Numbered from the stretch's first letter, positions 50,512 to 60,536 are shown. The stretch is 64,000 nucleotides of DNA from Candidatus Binatia bacterium (GCA_963664015.2 CAXXLF010000001.1:512001-576000); one strand, 5' to 3'. Translations and numbers: made by a program. Notes: generated by a model not told the origin, from the letters alone.

Positions 50512-51465
50512 ATGGCTGAGAAAATGAGCATTAAGTTCCGGGAAATGATGCAAAGGCAAGAGCTTCTGGTTATCCCCGGTGGGTACAGTCCCTTGCATGC
50601 CAAGATGGCGCAGGGCATCGGATTCGAGGCGTTTTTCATGGCTGGCTCTCAGACCGCCGCCTTTATCCACGGCCTACCCGACGTAGGGATCATCACCATG
50701 AAGGACATGGTAGAAAATGCCCATCGCCTGGCGGCATCCTGCAGCATTCCGATCTTCGCCGATTCAGATACCGGTTATGGTAACGCGGTCAACGTCTATT
50801 ACACGGTTCAAGAGTTCATCCGCTCCGGTGTAGCGGCCATTCATATCGAAGACCAGGAGTCGCCAAAAAAATCCGGCACTTCCGCGGGCCGCAGTTGTAT
50901 ATCGACGGAAGAGGCCGTGGGGAAATACCGGGCGGCGGTCGCCGCCAGAGACGCCCTGGACCGCGACTTTGTGATCATCGCCCGCTGCGACCTGATCGGC
51001 ACCGTAGGGGGCACCTTTGAGGAGACCGTCAAGCGTTGCATCACCTACGTCGAGCAGGCAAAGGTCGACGCTATTTGGGTCAATACCCTAAGAACCAGAG
51101 AAGAAATCAAAGAGGCCTGCAAGCGGATCCCCGCCCCGGTCTTTGCCCCTTATTACGGACCATCCCCCTCGCCAACCCATAGTGAGTATGAGGAATACGG
51201 TGCAGCCGGAGTCCTCTACCCGAGCCTCACAACGGCCATCGGGCTGCAAGCTACGTGGGATTTCTTGCACGATTTTAAGGAGAAAGGCCCCTCGGCGCTC
51301 GAGGAATGGAATGCCCGCGGCACCGCCAGCCACTGGGGTGTGGTTCCGAGGCATAGTCCCCCTCTCCTGGATAGCGACCAGATCAAGGACATAGAAAAGA
51401 AGTATTTGACCCAGGAGAAGCAACCGGACTACGATCGCACATTCGGTCACAAGACACACACGTAA
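50512..51465 (+). CDS. Isocitrate lyase/PEP mutase superfamily enzyme
   Basis: GLPD.G, ADSDTGYG, HIEDQ..PKK, IIARCD. Confidence 0.9.
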   Translation: MAEKMSIKFREMMQRQELLVIPGGYSPLHAKMAQGIGFEAFFMAGSQTAAFIHGLPDVGIITMKDMVENAHRLAASCSIPIFADSDTGYGNAVNVYYTVQEFIRSGVAAIHIEDQESPKKSGTSAGRSCISTEEAVGKYRAAVAARDALDRDFVIIARCDLIGTVGGTFEETVKRCITYVEQAKVDAIWVNTLRTREEIKEACKRIPAPVFAPYYGPSPSPTHSEYEEYGAAGVLYPSLTTAIGLQATWDFLHDFKEKGPSALEEWNARGTASHWGVVPRHSPPLLDSDQIKDIEKKYLTQEKQPDYDRTFGHKTHT

Positions 51466-51499
51466 AGAAAAATGAGGGGAAGGCACTCGAGCCCAGTTT

Positions 51500-51565
51500 C
51501 TCCTCGGGGGCGATTCCTCGGTTCGGCTGAGCTCACCGTCGAAGCCCGGCCTCGCCCCCTCGGAG
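51500..51565. repeat. Long GC-rich hairpin containing a REP-like element
   Basis: Outer stem CTCC(TC)GGGGGCGA/TCGCCCCC(TC)GGAG; inner TTCGGC-TGAGCTCACC-GTCGAA. Confidence 0.65.
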
Positions 51566-51741
51566 CGGCGCGAGCAGGCAATGGCGGCCGGCCACCGAAA
51601 CAATGATGCTGAGTGCTAAGCGTAAGTTTACAGAATACCCGTTATTCGATATTTTTGGCGAGATATTTTTCACCTATTTCATCGTTCATTTATACGTACG
51701 CTATTTAATTTTTGGCAAACTCAAATCACGGAGGTGATACC

Positions 51742-52746
51742 ATGGCAAAGGACCTTGAACGGCTATACTGCGCCGTTGCTATTCCCTATAAGCCGGGAAC
51801 CTTTGACGTCGACGAGGACGGACTCAAGCGTTTTTTACGCTACTTCATGCAGCCCAAGTTCGTTGACGCCGGCGGCGGTATCGTTATCAATCCAGAGGCC
51901 GGTGAAGTCTTCTATCTCTCCCGTGAGGAAAAGCGACGAATCGTGGAAATCGCCGTAGAAGAGTGTGGGGACAAAGTCCCGGTCTTCGCCGGTGTCATCT
52001 CCCCTACCACCAAAGAGACCGTCCAAGATGCAAGGGACGCCAAGGCAGCGGGAGCTGACGGCGTTTTTTTGATTCCTCCCATGGGTGCCATGGATGTGAC
52101 CGGCTCCTGGAACGCCGAACACTACCCAGAGGTCTGGGTCGACATGGCAAAAGAGGTCTGCGATGCCGTCAACCTGCCGGCAATCACTCATCCAGTCTCT
52201 TCGACGACACCCAAGTTCGGCCATGGCCTACCCCTTTCGGCAACCCTCAAGATGTGCACGGATATTCCCCAAATTATCGGCTGGAAAATGACCTATCCCT
52301 ACAACGGTTACCGCGTCATCGCCCGCGGACTGCGCGAGCTGCCCCGCCGTGTGGCCATTATGGCCGCATCGGCCGTCTGCTTTCATGAATTCTGGGCCAC
52401 GGGACAAGTGGACGGCACCGTCACCGGGTCTTTCAACTACGCCATGGAACCCATGATCGACCATATCGAGGCATGGCGTCGCGGGGATGTAGAACAAGCA
52501 CGCAAGATCTGGAATTCAGGGATGGCCGAGCTCCATGAATATGTCTACGGCTTTGGCGGTGACTACCGCCTGCACACCCGTTATAAAATAGCCTGCTGGC
52601 TGCGCGGTCTTATCCCTGAGCCGTTCATGCGTCCCCCAATGCCGAAGCCGAGGCCCGAGGAGATTCACAAACTCCGCCAGTTGCTTCAAAAATGCGGTCT
52701 CAACGTGATCGAAAACGGCGCTGTCGAACGCCTTCTGGCCGCCTGA
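51742..52746 (+). CDS. DHDPS/N-acetylneuraminate lyase superfamily aldolase
   Basis: ..GE...LS.EEKRRI.E, VPV.AGV, AGADG..LIPP, Schiff-base Lys in GWKMT; GGAGG SD before ATG 51742. Confidence 0.88.
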   Translation: MAKDLERLYCAVAIPYKPGTFDVDEDGLKRFLRYFMQPKFVDAGGGIVINPEAGEVFYLSREEKRRIVEIAVEECGDKVPVFAGVISPTTKETVQDARDAKAAGADGVFLIPPMGAMDVTGSWNAEHYPEVWVDMAKEVCDAVNLPAITHPVSSTTPKFGHGLPLSATLKMCTDIPQIIGWKMTYPYNGYRVIARGLRELPRRVAIMAASAVCFHEFWATGQVDGTVTGSFNYAMEPMIDHIEAWRRGDVEQARKIWNSGMAELHEYVYGFGGDYRLHTRYKIACWLRGLIPEPFMRPPMPKPRPEEIHKLRQLLQKCGLNVIENGAVERLLAA

Positions 52747-52836
52747 ACGGGACCCCTAAACGCCCGTCTTACCAGGCGTACAGGGTCAGCAGCATATTTC
52801 GTGAAAACTCATTAAGACCTTCTTGGAGAACCGTCC

Positions 52837-54102
52837 ATGTTACCGAAAGAGGAGAATCAACTTCTGACGCGAACCGGGCCGGGGACTCCCATGGGGCAGC
52901 TGATGCGCTGCTACTGGCTCCCTGCCCTACTCTCCGAGGAAATCCCCTCCCCCGATTGCCCACCCGTACAGGTCAGGTTGTTAGGCCAAGAGTTGGTCGC
53001 CTTTCGCAATACCGAAGGAAGAGTGGGCCTCCTCGACGAGCGCTGTTCCCACCGTGGCACCTCTCTCTTCTACGGTCGCAATGAGGAGTGCGGGCTGCGT
53101 TGTATCTACCATGGATGGAAATATGACGTCGACGGCAATGTCCTAGACACGCCGGCGGAGCCTTACAACAGCACGCTGAAAGACAAAGTCCACCACCCGG
53201 CGTATCCAACCCGGGAAGTTGCCGGGGTCGTCTTCGCGTATCTCGGCCCCAAGGACAAGATACCCCTGTTTCCCAAATACGAGTGGACCCTGCTGCCCAA
53301 AGACCAGGTTTACGTCAGCAAAGTCTTTCAAGAGTGCAATTACCTTCAAGGAGTAGAGGGCGAATGCGATTCGGCTCATCTTTCTTACCTCCACAGGGCC
53401 TTTACCAAGGCCAGCACCACTGGAGGAGACCCCAATTTATATCGCCAGGATGGGGCGCCGAGCGTCCAGCCGGTTCCCATGGACTTCGGACTGAGAATGA
53501 TTTCCCTTCGGGATGGAGGAGATGGAACCGGCTATCTCCGAGTCTCCAACTTTGTTATGCCCAACCAGGGATTTGTCCCCACAGGGGGCATTAAAGGCAA
53601 CAAGGAAGGTTACAGCATCCACACCTACGTCCCCGTGGATGACACCCATGTCTGGAGGTACATGATCAGCTTCAGAAGGAATCGGGCCATACGGGAAGAC
53701 GAGCGGATCTACCAGAAAGAGATTGGTCCGGGGTACAGAAAGATCCGTAACCTCCAAAACCACTTTCTCCAGGATCGGGAACAACAGAGAAAAGAGACCT
53801 TCATCGGTATTGGCACGAATTTCATGGTCCACGACGCATGTGCCACCGAGTCCATGGGCCCCATCTTCGACCGCTCGAGGGAAACTCTGGGAAAGAGCGA
53901 CACGGCGGTCATCGCCATGCGCCGATATCTGCTGAAAGCGGTCAAAAACCTTCAGGATGGCAAGGAGCCGCCACACATTGTCACAGATCCCCAAAAAAAC
54001 GACTTCCGCCACATCGTATGCCTCGCCCATATTCTGGAAGCCAAGACTTCCCCGGAGGGGTATATCGAAGAGTATATCAGTCAAGGTCCTCAGGCCGCTT
54101 GA
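52837..54102 (+). CDS. Rieske non-heme iron oxygenase (phthalate 4,5-dioxygenase/LigX-like)
   Basis: GPGTPMG..MR.YW.P, CSHRG...CIYHGW, EG..DSAHLSYLH, D..A.ESMGPI.DR..E.L. Confidence 0.93.
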   Translation: MLPKEENQLLTRTGPGTPMGQLMRCYWLPALLSEEIPSPDCPPVQVRLLGQELVAFRNTEGRVGLLDERCSHRGTSLFYGRNEECGLRCIYHGWKYDVDGNVLDTPAEPYNSTLKDKVHHPAYPTREVAGVVFAYLGPKDKIPLFPKYEWTLLPKDQVYVSKVFQECNYLQGVEGECDSAHLSYLHRAFTKASTTGGDPNLYRQDGAPSVQPVPMDFGLRMISLRDGGDGTGYLRVSNFVMPNQGFVPTGGIKGNKEGYSIHTYVPVDDTHVWRYMISFRRNRAIREDERIYQKEIGPGYRKIRNLQNHFLQDREQQRKETFIGIGTNFMVHDACATESMGPIFDRSRETLGKSDTAVIAMRRYLLKAVKNLQDGKEPPHIVTDPQKNDFRHIVCLAHILEAKTSPEGYIEEYISQGPQAA

Positions 54103-54285
54103 CCGAAAGAGACTGCACGAGCGCGGTGATTTTCCCAGCGTTTCCTATTCCTAGTCTCTCATTTATATTGGCCATTTCCCGCACGGCACACAGCCATGGA
54201 CTGGCATTGACGCCTTGAGCCCCTTTTGTTAATCTTCGGGCGATAGGATCTAATCACTTTGATGAAAACCGTTTAGAGGAGAGCC

Positions 54286-55482
54286 ATGCTGACCAAAGAA
54301 CAGAACGATCTCTTGTGTAAAACGGACAGGGGAACGCCGGGCGGGGAGTGGATGCGGCGCTATTGGCAGCCAGTCGGACTTTCAAAAGAATTCACTCCCG
54401 GCGGCAAGCCCCAGCAGATCAAGATCATGGGAGAGGACCTGGTCCTCTTTCGCGATGACAAGGGCCGCCCCGGACTGCTCGGGCTCAACTGCTCCCACCG
54501 GCTCACCTCCCTCGCCTACGGCCGGGTAGAAGACGGCGGAATTCGTTGCCCGTTTCACGGATGGCTGTACGACGTCGAAGGGCGCTGTATCGAACAACCG
54601 GCGGAACCGGAGCCCTTTGGGGACAAAGTGTGTCACCTGGCTTACCCCTGCGAGGAGTTGGGCGGCTTGATCTTTGCCTACCTTGGGCCCGAAGACAAGA
54701 AACCCCTCTTGCCCCGTTATGAGATCCTCATTCGGGAGGACGGAACCCACAAAGTGGATTACTACAAAATCAACAGCAACTACCTGCAGAATGTCGAAGG
54801 GGCTGTGGACTCGGTCCACTTCTCGTACCTTCACATGGACAATTGGTCCAAGGTCAAACACCGGCTTAAGTCAATGCCGGCGCCCAAGCTGGAGATTCAA
54901 GAGATGGATTTCGGTATCTGGCAAAAATCGCTCTTGCCAGATATCAACCGGGAGATCATCGATCTGTGCTACGCCCACTTCTTCATGCCGGCGGGATTCG
55001 TGAGAATCCAAGGGAGCCCCAAGGACAGGACCCTGATTCAAATGTTTCAATCCTGGTATGTTCCCATAGACGACACCCACACCATCCGATTCCAGGCGGC
55101 ATTCTCCCCTCCCCACCCGGACGGTAAACCCTTCGAGTGGCCTAAGGACACCCACTACGACCCACCAGGCCCGGAGAATGACTATTATCGCCGTTACGAA
55201 GAGGCCGATACTATTTCCGGGATCCCCAACCGGACCACCGCTTCGGCGATTAAAGGGTTTCTCGTCCAGGACAGCATGGTCAACGAGAGCCAAGGCCTCA
55301 TCGCCAACCGAAGCCAAGAACACCTCGGTTTCCACGATAAAGTATTGATGATGCAAAGAGTAATGTGCCTGGTCGCCGTCGAAGACGTGCGCCAAGATCG
55401 TGATCCCAAGCACATCATTCGCGACCCTGAGAAAAACCAGATCGTCTATGTTCGGGGCGATGATACCACCGAATGCGTCTGA
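54286..55482 (+). CDS. Rieske non-heme iron oxygenase, second paralog
   Basis: GTPGG..MRRYWQP, CSHR...CPFHGW, EG..DSVHFSYLH, QD....ESQG.I.NR..EHL. Confidence 0.93.
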   Translation: MLTKEQNDLLCKTDRGTPGGEWMRRYWQPVGLSKEFTPGGKPQQIKIMGEDLVLFRDDKGRPGLLGLNCSHRLTSLAYGRVEDGGIRCPFHGWLYDVEGRCIEQPAEPEPFGDKVCHLAYPCEELGGLIFAYLGPEDKKPLLPRYEILIREDGTHKVDYYKINSNYLQNVEGAVDSVHFSYLHMDNWSKVKHRLKSMPAPKLEIQEMDFGIWQKSLLPDINREIIDLCYAHFFMPAGFVRIQGSPKDRTLIQMFQSWYVPIDDTHTIRFQAAFSPPHPDGKPFEWPKDTHYDPPGPENDYYRRYEEADTISGIPNRTTASAIKGFLVQDSMVNESQGLIANRSQEHLGFHDKVLMMQRVMCLVAVEDVRQDRDPKHIIRDPEKNQIVYVRGDDTTECV

Positions 55483-55576
55483 TCGAGCAGACTAACATTA
55501 CCAGCTGGGCATCTCGGTAAGGGCACTTAAGACGAGGAACCCGGACTGGGAATAACGACGCCCAAGTTCTATAGTT

Positions 55577-55869
55577 TTATTTTAAACGGGCAAAGATTTT
55601 ATCCATCTCATCGGCCGAGAAGGCCCGCATGCATTGGGTGCGGATGTTGCCCTGAGCCCCACGCTTAAGGACCACGCGGCCATGGCCTCATCGCTTGGGG
55701 AATCGGCAACGAGGACGACATCGAAGCCCCCCATAGTCATGTATGCTTCCTTCACCGTAATTCCCAGCTTCTCCGCAGCGGCAAATGCATCCTTCCTCTG
55801 TTTAGGGATTTGTTTGACGTTACGCATTCCTTGATCCGTGTAGTTGATCAAGACGATGTGGGTTGCCAT
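55577..55869 (-). pseudogene. GYD-domain protein with a single-base frameshift (or sequencing error)
   Basis: INYTDQG...Y.TMG.FD.V; adding one G to the G4 run at 55657-55660 restores the family C-terminus GAQGNIRTQCMRAFSADEMDKIFARLK. Confidence 0.8.
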
Positions 55870-55926
55870 AAGGAAGCTCCTTTCTCCAAATGCTTCGAAC
55901 TTAGTCTAACCGGAAGAGTTTCCTCT

Positions 55927-56607
55927 TTAGCCCGTTTCAGGACTCTCCACCCCCTGGATGCACTGCATCAGATCGTTCCTCGGAGAATTGACCATGGACG
56001 ATACATAGGTGGACTCCATCCGATCCGCCGGGTAAGATCCCAACTTCGTAGTCAGCTCGAGGGTGTCTTTCAATCCAAGGTCGAGCCAGTCTTCCTCTGC
56101 GTCCCGGCGTAATATCACGGGCATCCGATCGTGAATTGGCTGGAGCAGCTCATTTGCCTGGGTCGTAATAATGGTAAAGGTCCTGAGCTCGTCCCCGTTG
56201 GGCTTCTTCCAACGATCCCACAGACCGGCAAAGGCAAAGGGCTCGCCGCCCTTCAGTGTGAACCGCATGGGGGCCTTGCCCCGTTTGAGCTTGGCCCATT
56301 CGTAAAAGCCATCGGCCAGGACCAGGCATCTCCTGGCGGGCAGTAGTCTCTTGAAGCTCGCCTTCTCGGCGAGAGTCTCCGCCCTGGCGTTGATCATCCT
56401 ATTTCCGATAGACGGGTCCTTCGCCCACGATGGCACCAACCCCCATTGGAACATCTGGAGGGTCTTACCATCCTCATTGACGATTACCGGGGCGATCTGA
56501 CCTGGCGCCATGTTGTAGCGAGGCTTGAGCAAGACCTCCTGGCTTTGGAAACCAAAGCGGAGCATCAAGGCCTCAGGACTGGCGGTTTGTGTGTAACGCC
56601 CGCACAT
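55927..56607 (-). CDS. SOS response-associated peptidase (SRAP/YedK)
   Basis: MCGRY N-terminus, RYN.AP, WGLVP.W, INAR.ET, GFYEW, IHDRMPVIL. Confidence 0.95.
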   Translation of the reverse strand: MCGRYTQTASPEALMLRFGFQSQEVLLKPRYNMAPGQIAPVIVNEDGKTLQMFQWGLVPSWAKDPSIGNRMINARAETLAEKASFKRLLPARRCLVLADGFYEWAKLKRGKAPMRFTLKGGEPFAFAGLWDRWKKPNGDELRTFTIITTQANELLQPIHDRMPVILRRDAEEDWLDLGLKDTLELTTKLGSYPADRMESTYVSSMVNSPRNDLMQCIQGVESPETG

Positions 56608-56799
56608 GGGTCCTCCGTGACGTGACTCGAAAGACTATACCTTAGATACGACTTCGAGATCCAACTCTATCCAACGGGTCTGCTACAAAAACCATTTTAT
56701 TAAAGGTACTACCCGCGCTTGCCCTCTCAATCCGTATTCTCCAAATCGCCAATACCTGTTACAGGCCCTAATTTAGAAGCTTCCGACTGATACCTCATT

Positions 56800-58343
56800 T
56801 TACCCGATCTGCTTGACTTGGCTATACCGTGCTAGTCTTTTGGATCCCGGAGCATGGGCGAGTTTTACCGGTGAGACCTCCTTCTTCCACAGCAACACCG
56901 TGGAACCGCCCGGGAGCTTGAGATCAGTCTTTACTGTACGGAAGGGTAGGCATCGCTCTGCCATCCAACCATCCATATGCATCCCGCATCGGTCAGGCCC
57001 AGGCGTTTTCCGGCGCCCTGTCTTGCCCAGCAACAGGTCCAAACCTAGGAGAATCTCCCGGTGGCGCGATTTATAGAAAAAGGGGTTGTGATGTCCTCAC
57101 AACCAACAAACACCATGGGTTTACCTTCCAGGCGAGCCACATAGTTAAACAGTTGGAAGTAAAACTGGGGGTGATTAACTAGCACCACGGTGCGAAGCGG
57201 AGGCGATCCGGTTGGTCCCAGATGCCAGATAATATTGACGATGTCGTGGGCCCTCCAGTTCCGCCTCTCCAGAGGTGGGTTATGAAAACTCGCACCCAAC
57301 ACCCTGTAGAAAGAAATCACAGTTCCCCGCAAGGACAACGAAAAAATTGACGACGGGACAAAGGAGATCAGGAGCATGACTGCAATAGGAAATGCAAAAT
57401 AAACGTAAGAACGCTTGCGCATCGACCCACTGCCTTTCATAACCAAGCCGATTGCCACCGCGATGCCCGGCAACGGCGGCAGAAAGTAACGTGGATCTCT
57501 TCCGACGGAAACGATAAACACTAACAAGGGGACAAAGACCCAAACGAGACAGGTGATTTTATCGTCACTCCAGGAACCTGGCCAGAGAGAGGACCCCCCA
57601 TGCCCTTTTCGCCAGAGGAGAGACCCCAAAACCACTACGTAATAGAGAGAGATTCCCGATGCCGCTAACCTCAAACGGAAAAACATCGGGCCACCATAAC
57701 CGTAAGGGGCCGCTTCGGTACCGAATCCGCTTTCCCGGAGGTCCCAGAGGACGCGATGCCAGTTCGGAAAATACCAGACGGAGACCAACCCTATTTCTGA
57801 CACGCCTGCCAATGCCAGCGCTGCAAATTTCCGTCTTTGGCATTTGCGTAAAGCCTAAAAAGCGACGATCAAACCGCAGGCTACACCGAGGGCGAGTCCC
57901 ACAAAGAGCCAGCCGTTTTCTTCGTTCCGTTGTCGCAAAAGAAGATACACACTCGCGGCAACCACCGTCGCTAAGGAGAATTCGACGAAGAATTGCCGCG
58001 ATAAACCACTCAGGAGCGGCATAGTGGCGACGAGCATTCGGCCGATCCCGTAAACGGCGAAAACCAAGATCGGGACAAACAAAAGAAGTACGAGATGGCC
58101 CACCTGCGACCCATCGCCAAGCAGACTGTACCGTGGCATGGGCACCAGAGAAAACAACGGGGGGCTCCCATAGCCGCTGCTAGACAAAAATACCGTCGCA
58201 GCGAAATCTGGGAGATCGCCTGAGCGAAAGGCATCTAGAAACATCAGGCTGGTAAGGAGATAGTCGCTCTGGTCCCAGGCAGGCGGAGGTCCAATTGAAA
58301 AACATTGAAAGATTTTAACAGTCGCTGACGCTATTAACCGCAA
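56800..58343 (-). pseudogene. Degraded ArnT/PMT-like (GT-C) membrane glycosyltransferase
   Basis: PP.WDQS.Y, LSRQFFVEFSL, WY..NW, DPRY.LP..P fragments; in-frame TAG at 57855-57857, a frameshift near 57050-57100 and apparently deleted segments. Confidence 0.72.
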
Positions 58344-58430
58344 ATAATTTACGAACCCCGATTGAATTAGGAACCGTCATTGGGGTTCTTTACAATGACA
58401 GCTTCGCCGCAGGAACAGCAGGTCCTTCCT

Positions 58431-59528
58431 CTAAAGACGATAGAATCGAGTTGGATTGTCTATGAGGATCTTGTTTTTTACTTCGTCGGACAGGTCCTCC
58501 TGCCCCATGAGGTCCGTAAGCAGGTTTGCCTCGGCCATGGGATCCTCGTGGGGGTAATCCGTCGCCAACATCAAACAATCGGATCCGATCCGCTTCATGA
58601 CATACGGAAGATCCTCATCGGGCTCGCAGCTAATATAGATCTGCCCTTCCCTGAAATAGTCCTCAAGGGGCTTCTTTGCCCGGCCTTCCCCCCCACGCCG
58701 TCTGCGGTTTCCGAAAGTCGTGGAATAGGAAATCCATTCACAACCAATTTCCAGGAATGAAACCCTCAAGCCCGGGAAGTCATCGAGCACCCCCCCGGCG
58801 GTCATGGAATTGAACGCCATCAACAAGGGGACCGAATTGGCCGATGCCGTGTAGCGGGTGTGCTCTCTGGAATCGAAAATACGGTTGATGGAAGGAGAGC
58901 CCCACCCAAGGTGGACGGAAACCGGGAAATCCTGTGCGGCGCACTCTTCATAAAATGGGAAGAATCGAAAGCTATCCAGCGGATGATCCCACACAAAGCT
59001 TAACAGGATCACGGTAACCGCTCCCTGAGCTTTGACCCGGCTGATTTCATCGGCCGCCCCACGGGCGTCTCGAATAGGAAGAACCGCAGCCCACCGGATT
59101 CTCCCTCCACTCTTTTTCGAGGCTGCTCCCATGAAATCGTTGTAGGCCTTGCATAGGGCCGTCTCGAAGGCTACGTCCTCACAGACGGGTGCGAGAAACA
59201 GGGTCGGAAACACCACCTGGGTCTCGATCCCCAAGGCGTCGAGATCCTTGAGACGCCCGGGAACATCGGTGAGAGTCTGAACGGGGACCCCCACCGCCTT
59301 GGATTCAGCCACCTCAGAGATCGGTGGCGTGCCAATGGTGAAATAAACACGGCCATTAATCTTTGGAAAAATCTCACCGTCAATCAGCCAGAAGGCATTG
59401 AACCTGCCGAACGAGGTATCGGTGGGAAGACGTATCGGGATCGGCCGGCGCGCGTTAAAAGCGGGGTCGAGTAGTTTCCACATCGCATCCGATTCTTCTA
59501 CATGGGCGTCAGCATCGATGAATTTCAT
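58431..59528 (-). CDS. Amidohydrolase_2 family protein
   Basis: IDADAHV, V.FPT, AYND, P.SVH, FLE.G..W, ATDYPH.D. Confidence 0.92.
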   Translation of the reverse strand: MKFIDADAHVEESDAMWKLLDPAFNARRPIPIRLPTDTSFGRFNAFWLIDGEIFPKINGRVYFTIGTPPISEVAESKAVGVPVQTLTDVPGRLKDLDALGIETQVVFPTLFLAPVCEDVAFETALCKAYNDFMGAASKKSGGRIRWAAVLPIRDARGAADEISRVKAQGAVTVILLSFVWDHPLDSFRFFPFYEECAAQDFPVSVHLGWGSPSINRIFDSREHTRYTASANSVPLLMAFNSMTAGGVLDDFPGLRVSFLEIGCEWISYSTTFGNRRRRGGEGRAKKPLEDYFREGQIYISCEPDEDLPYVMKRIGSDCLMLATDYPHEDPMAEANLLTDLMGQEDLSDEVKNKILIDNPTRFYRL

Positions 59529-59578
59529 TTACTATCCCTTTCTCAATGAGGTGGTCTAAAAAGTCAAATATTGAATAG

Positions 59579-59668
59579 TGGTGCCGGGAGCCGGACTTGA
59601 ACCGGCACGGACATTTCGATCCCCGGGATTTTAAGTCCCGTGTGTCTACCAAGTTTCACCATCCCGGC
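59579..59668 (-). tRNA. tRNA-Leu(TAA)
   Basis: GCCGGGATGGTGAAACTTGGTAGACAC-ACGGGA-CTTAAAA-TCCCG, long variable arm, GGTTCAAGTCC, CCCGGCACCA. Confidence 0.96.
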
Positions 59669-59786
59669 ACAAAAGAAATCAATAGCTTGCAGAATTAGAA
59701 TCGTCAACCGGATTTTGTCCCGGTCATATCTTCAGGCCCGACTGGTTCCATGCCTGTCTTTCTTTAAAGAACTCGGGTTACTCCGC

Positions 59787-60536
59787 TCAATGGTTTATCT
59801 CCGCTCCCCTATCAGTCCCAGGCGAGGTAAATACTACTTCAACCATAGCGCTTTGGTCTGCTTGAACCACCACTTTTCTCGACATTCGCCCTAGCTTCTC
59901 ATGCCAGAACTCCAACTCGTAAACGCCCGCCGGCACGCCCCCTAAAGTAAATTGTCCCGTGCTATCTGTCACGGCAAAATAGCGGCTTGAGGTGACCACG
60001 ATGAATGCGCTCATCCACGTATGGAGGACCTCACACCCGATGGTTATAATTCCTGGAACCGTAAGCCTCTTCTTAACCTGCCGCCAACTGGGAAGACCGA
60101 CATTAAAAAGCGTCTCCGAATTCACACGGGCATGAACGTCATGGAGGATGGGGTCGCTATTGTGCAATAATATCTCGCTCCCTACTGAAACCGCCTGGAC
60201 ATGGGGGCTAAACTTGCAATCCTTATTGTCGAGAACGATGGTGTGAGATAGTTTTTCAATAACCTCATCTACCCCGCCAACGATAACAACCACATTTTCA
60301 ACGGCTCCATCGTCACCGACAAGAATACTCTCATCTTTGACGCTCGTGCCACAGAAGTGCCTATTTTTATAAACCGTGAGGGGCTCGGACCTCCTAACAT
60401 GGCCTTCTACGCGGACCTGGCCAACGATTGTGCCTGTTCTGGACCGGGTAGGAGCCAAGGACATGCCCTCAACAGGTTGGCAAAGTGCCGCGATCACACC
60501 CTGCATGAATAGTAGGGTAAGGAATCTAAATTTCAT
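59787..60536 (-). CDS. Exported protein with cupredoxin-like and carboxypeptidase-regulatory-like domains
   Basis: Signal peptide; C.F.PHV, NSD.ILH.VH, C-E-V-L-H-T-W-M, G.F.L..VPAG.Y....WHE. Confidence 0.8.
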   Translation of the reverse strand: MKFRFLTLLFMQGVIAALCQPVEGMSLAPTRSRTGTIVGQVRVEGHVRRSEPLTVYKNRHFCGTSVKDESILVGDDGAVENVVVIVGGVDEVIEKLSHTIVLDNKDCKFSPHVQAVSVGSEILLHNSDPILHDVHARVNSETLFNVGLPSWRQVKKRLTVPGIITIGCEVLHTWMSAFIVVTSSRYFAVTDSTGQFTLGGVPAGVYELEFWHEKLGRMSRKVVVQADQSAMVEVVFTSPGTDRGAEINH

